Assembly (NCBI RefSeq): GCF_009914755.1
Contig: NC_060928.1
Origin: the human T2T-CHM13v2.0 reference genome, Homo sapiens
Direction: 5' to 3' (one strand)
DNA length: 64,000 nucleotides
In this document: positions 63,524-64,000 of the stretch, in pieces
How the letters are laid out: every line of letters begins with the position of its first letter
Position numbering within the stretch: position 1 is the first letter of the stretch
Notes under the pieces: generated by a model
What the model was told of the DNA's origin: nothing
Databases searched by the model: none
Seen by the model: only the letters and a program-made list of their open reading frames with translations
Program-made: the position numbers and the translations under genes

Positions 63524-64000
63524 CCCTCACTAAACTCAGATGCCAGATATTTAGGGAACAACATTAAAATGTCCCAATGGTCCTTCAAGAAGATAATGCA
63601 CAATTAGTAGAAGGAAAAGAGAAGCAGAATTCTTGGGCTGGGTTGGCCATTTGGCCTGAGGAACTCAGTGAGTGGTTCCACCTGACACATGCATAACACA
63701 TCAGCGATTAAACCTTTGGACTTTTTTTTTTTTCAACGTGGAACTCAGGAGTGGCTGGGATTGAAACTCAGCTTTACCTTTGTAGCCATAAACTGACCAC
63801 CTTGTCTCATCATCTTGCCTTGGGAGAGAAGAAAACTATGGTGAAATCAACATTTCTCAAGTTGCTAAAGCCTCCTGGCAGGCAGGAGCTAAATGGTTCT
63901 TTTTCCTCTGCCCCACTTTTGGTCTCAATGGCCGAGTTTCCTGACTCCAAGAAAACCACCTTTGATTATATAAAGGTATTAGGGGCTGGGGAACACTGGT

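Overview
This is human (primate) intronic DNA, dominated by interspersed repeats. The only host-type coding sequence is an intronless securin retrocopy, PTTG2 (47507-48082, +). It carries a perfect 15-bp target-site duplication (TSD), has lost the KEN box, and has a 1-bp insertion that replaces the securin C-terminus. From recall, PTTG2 lies in a large intron of TBC1D1 on chr4p14; no TBC1D1 coding exon is recognisable in the window. Other elements are a full-length, disabled L1PA (about 25592-32061, -) with an AluY nested in the start of ORF2 and an unusually long open antisense ORF0 (180 aa, +), a solo LTR13 (HERV-K family), THE1/MST/MLT LTRs, about 40 Alu elements, truncated L1s, Tigger and Charlie DNA transposons, and microsatellites. 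Most ORFs in the supplied track are repeat-derived noise. I see no evidence of a new multi-gene system. The best leads are the PTTG2 degron loss, frameshift and possible fortuitous promoter, the extended L1 ORF0 and antisense promoter pointing toward PTTG2, an unexplained ~200-bp palindrome, and two micro-retroinsertions. Repeat subfamily calls are by eye and repeat boundaries are approximate.
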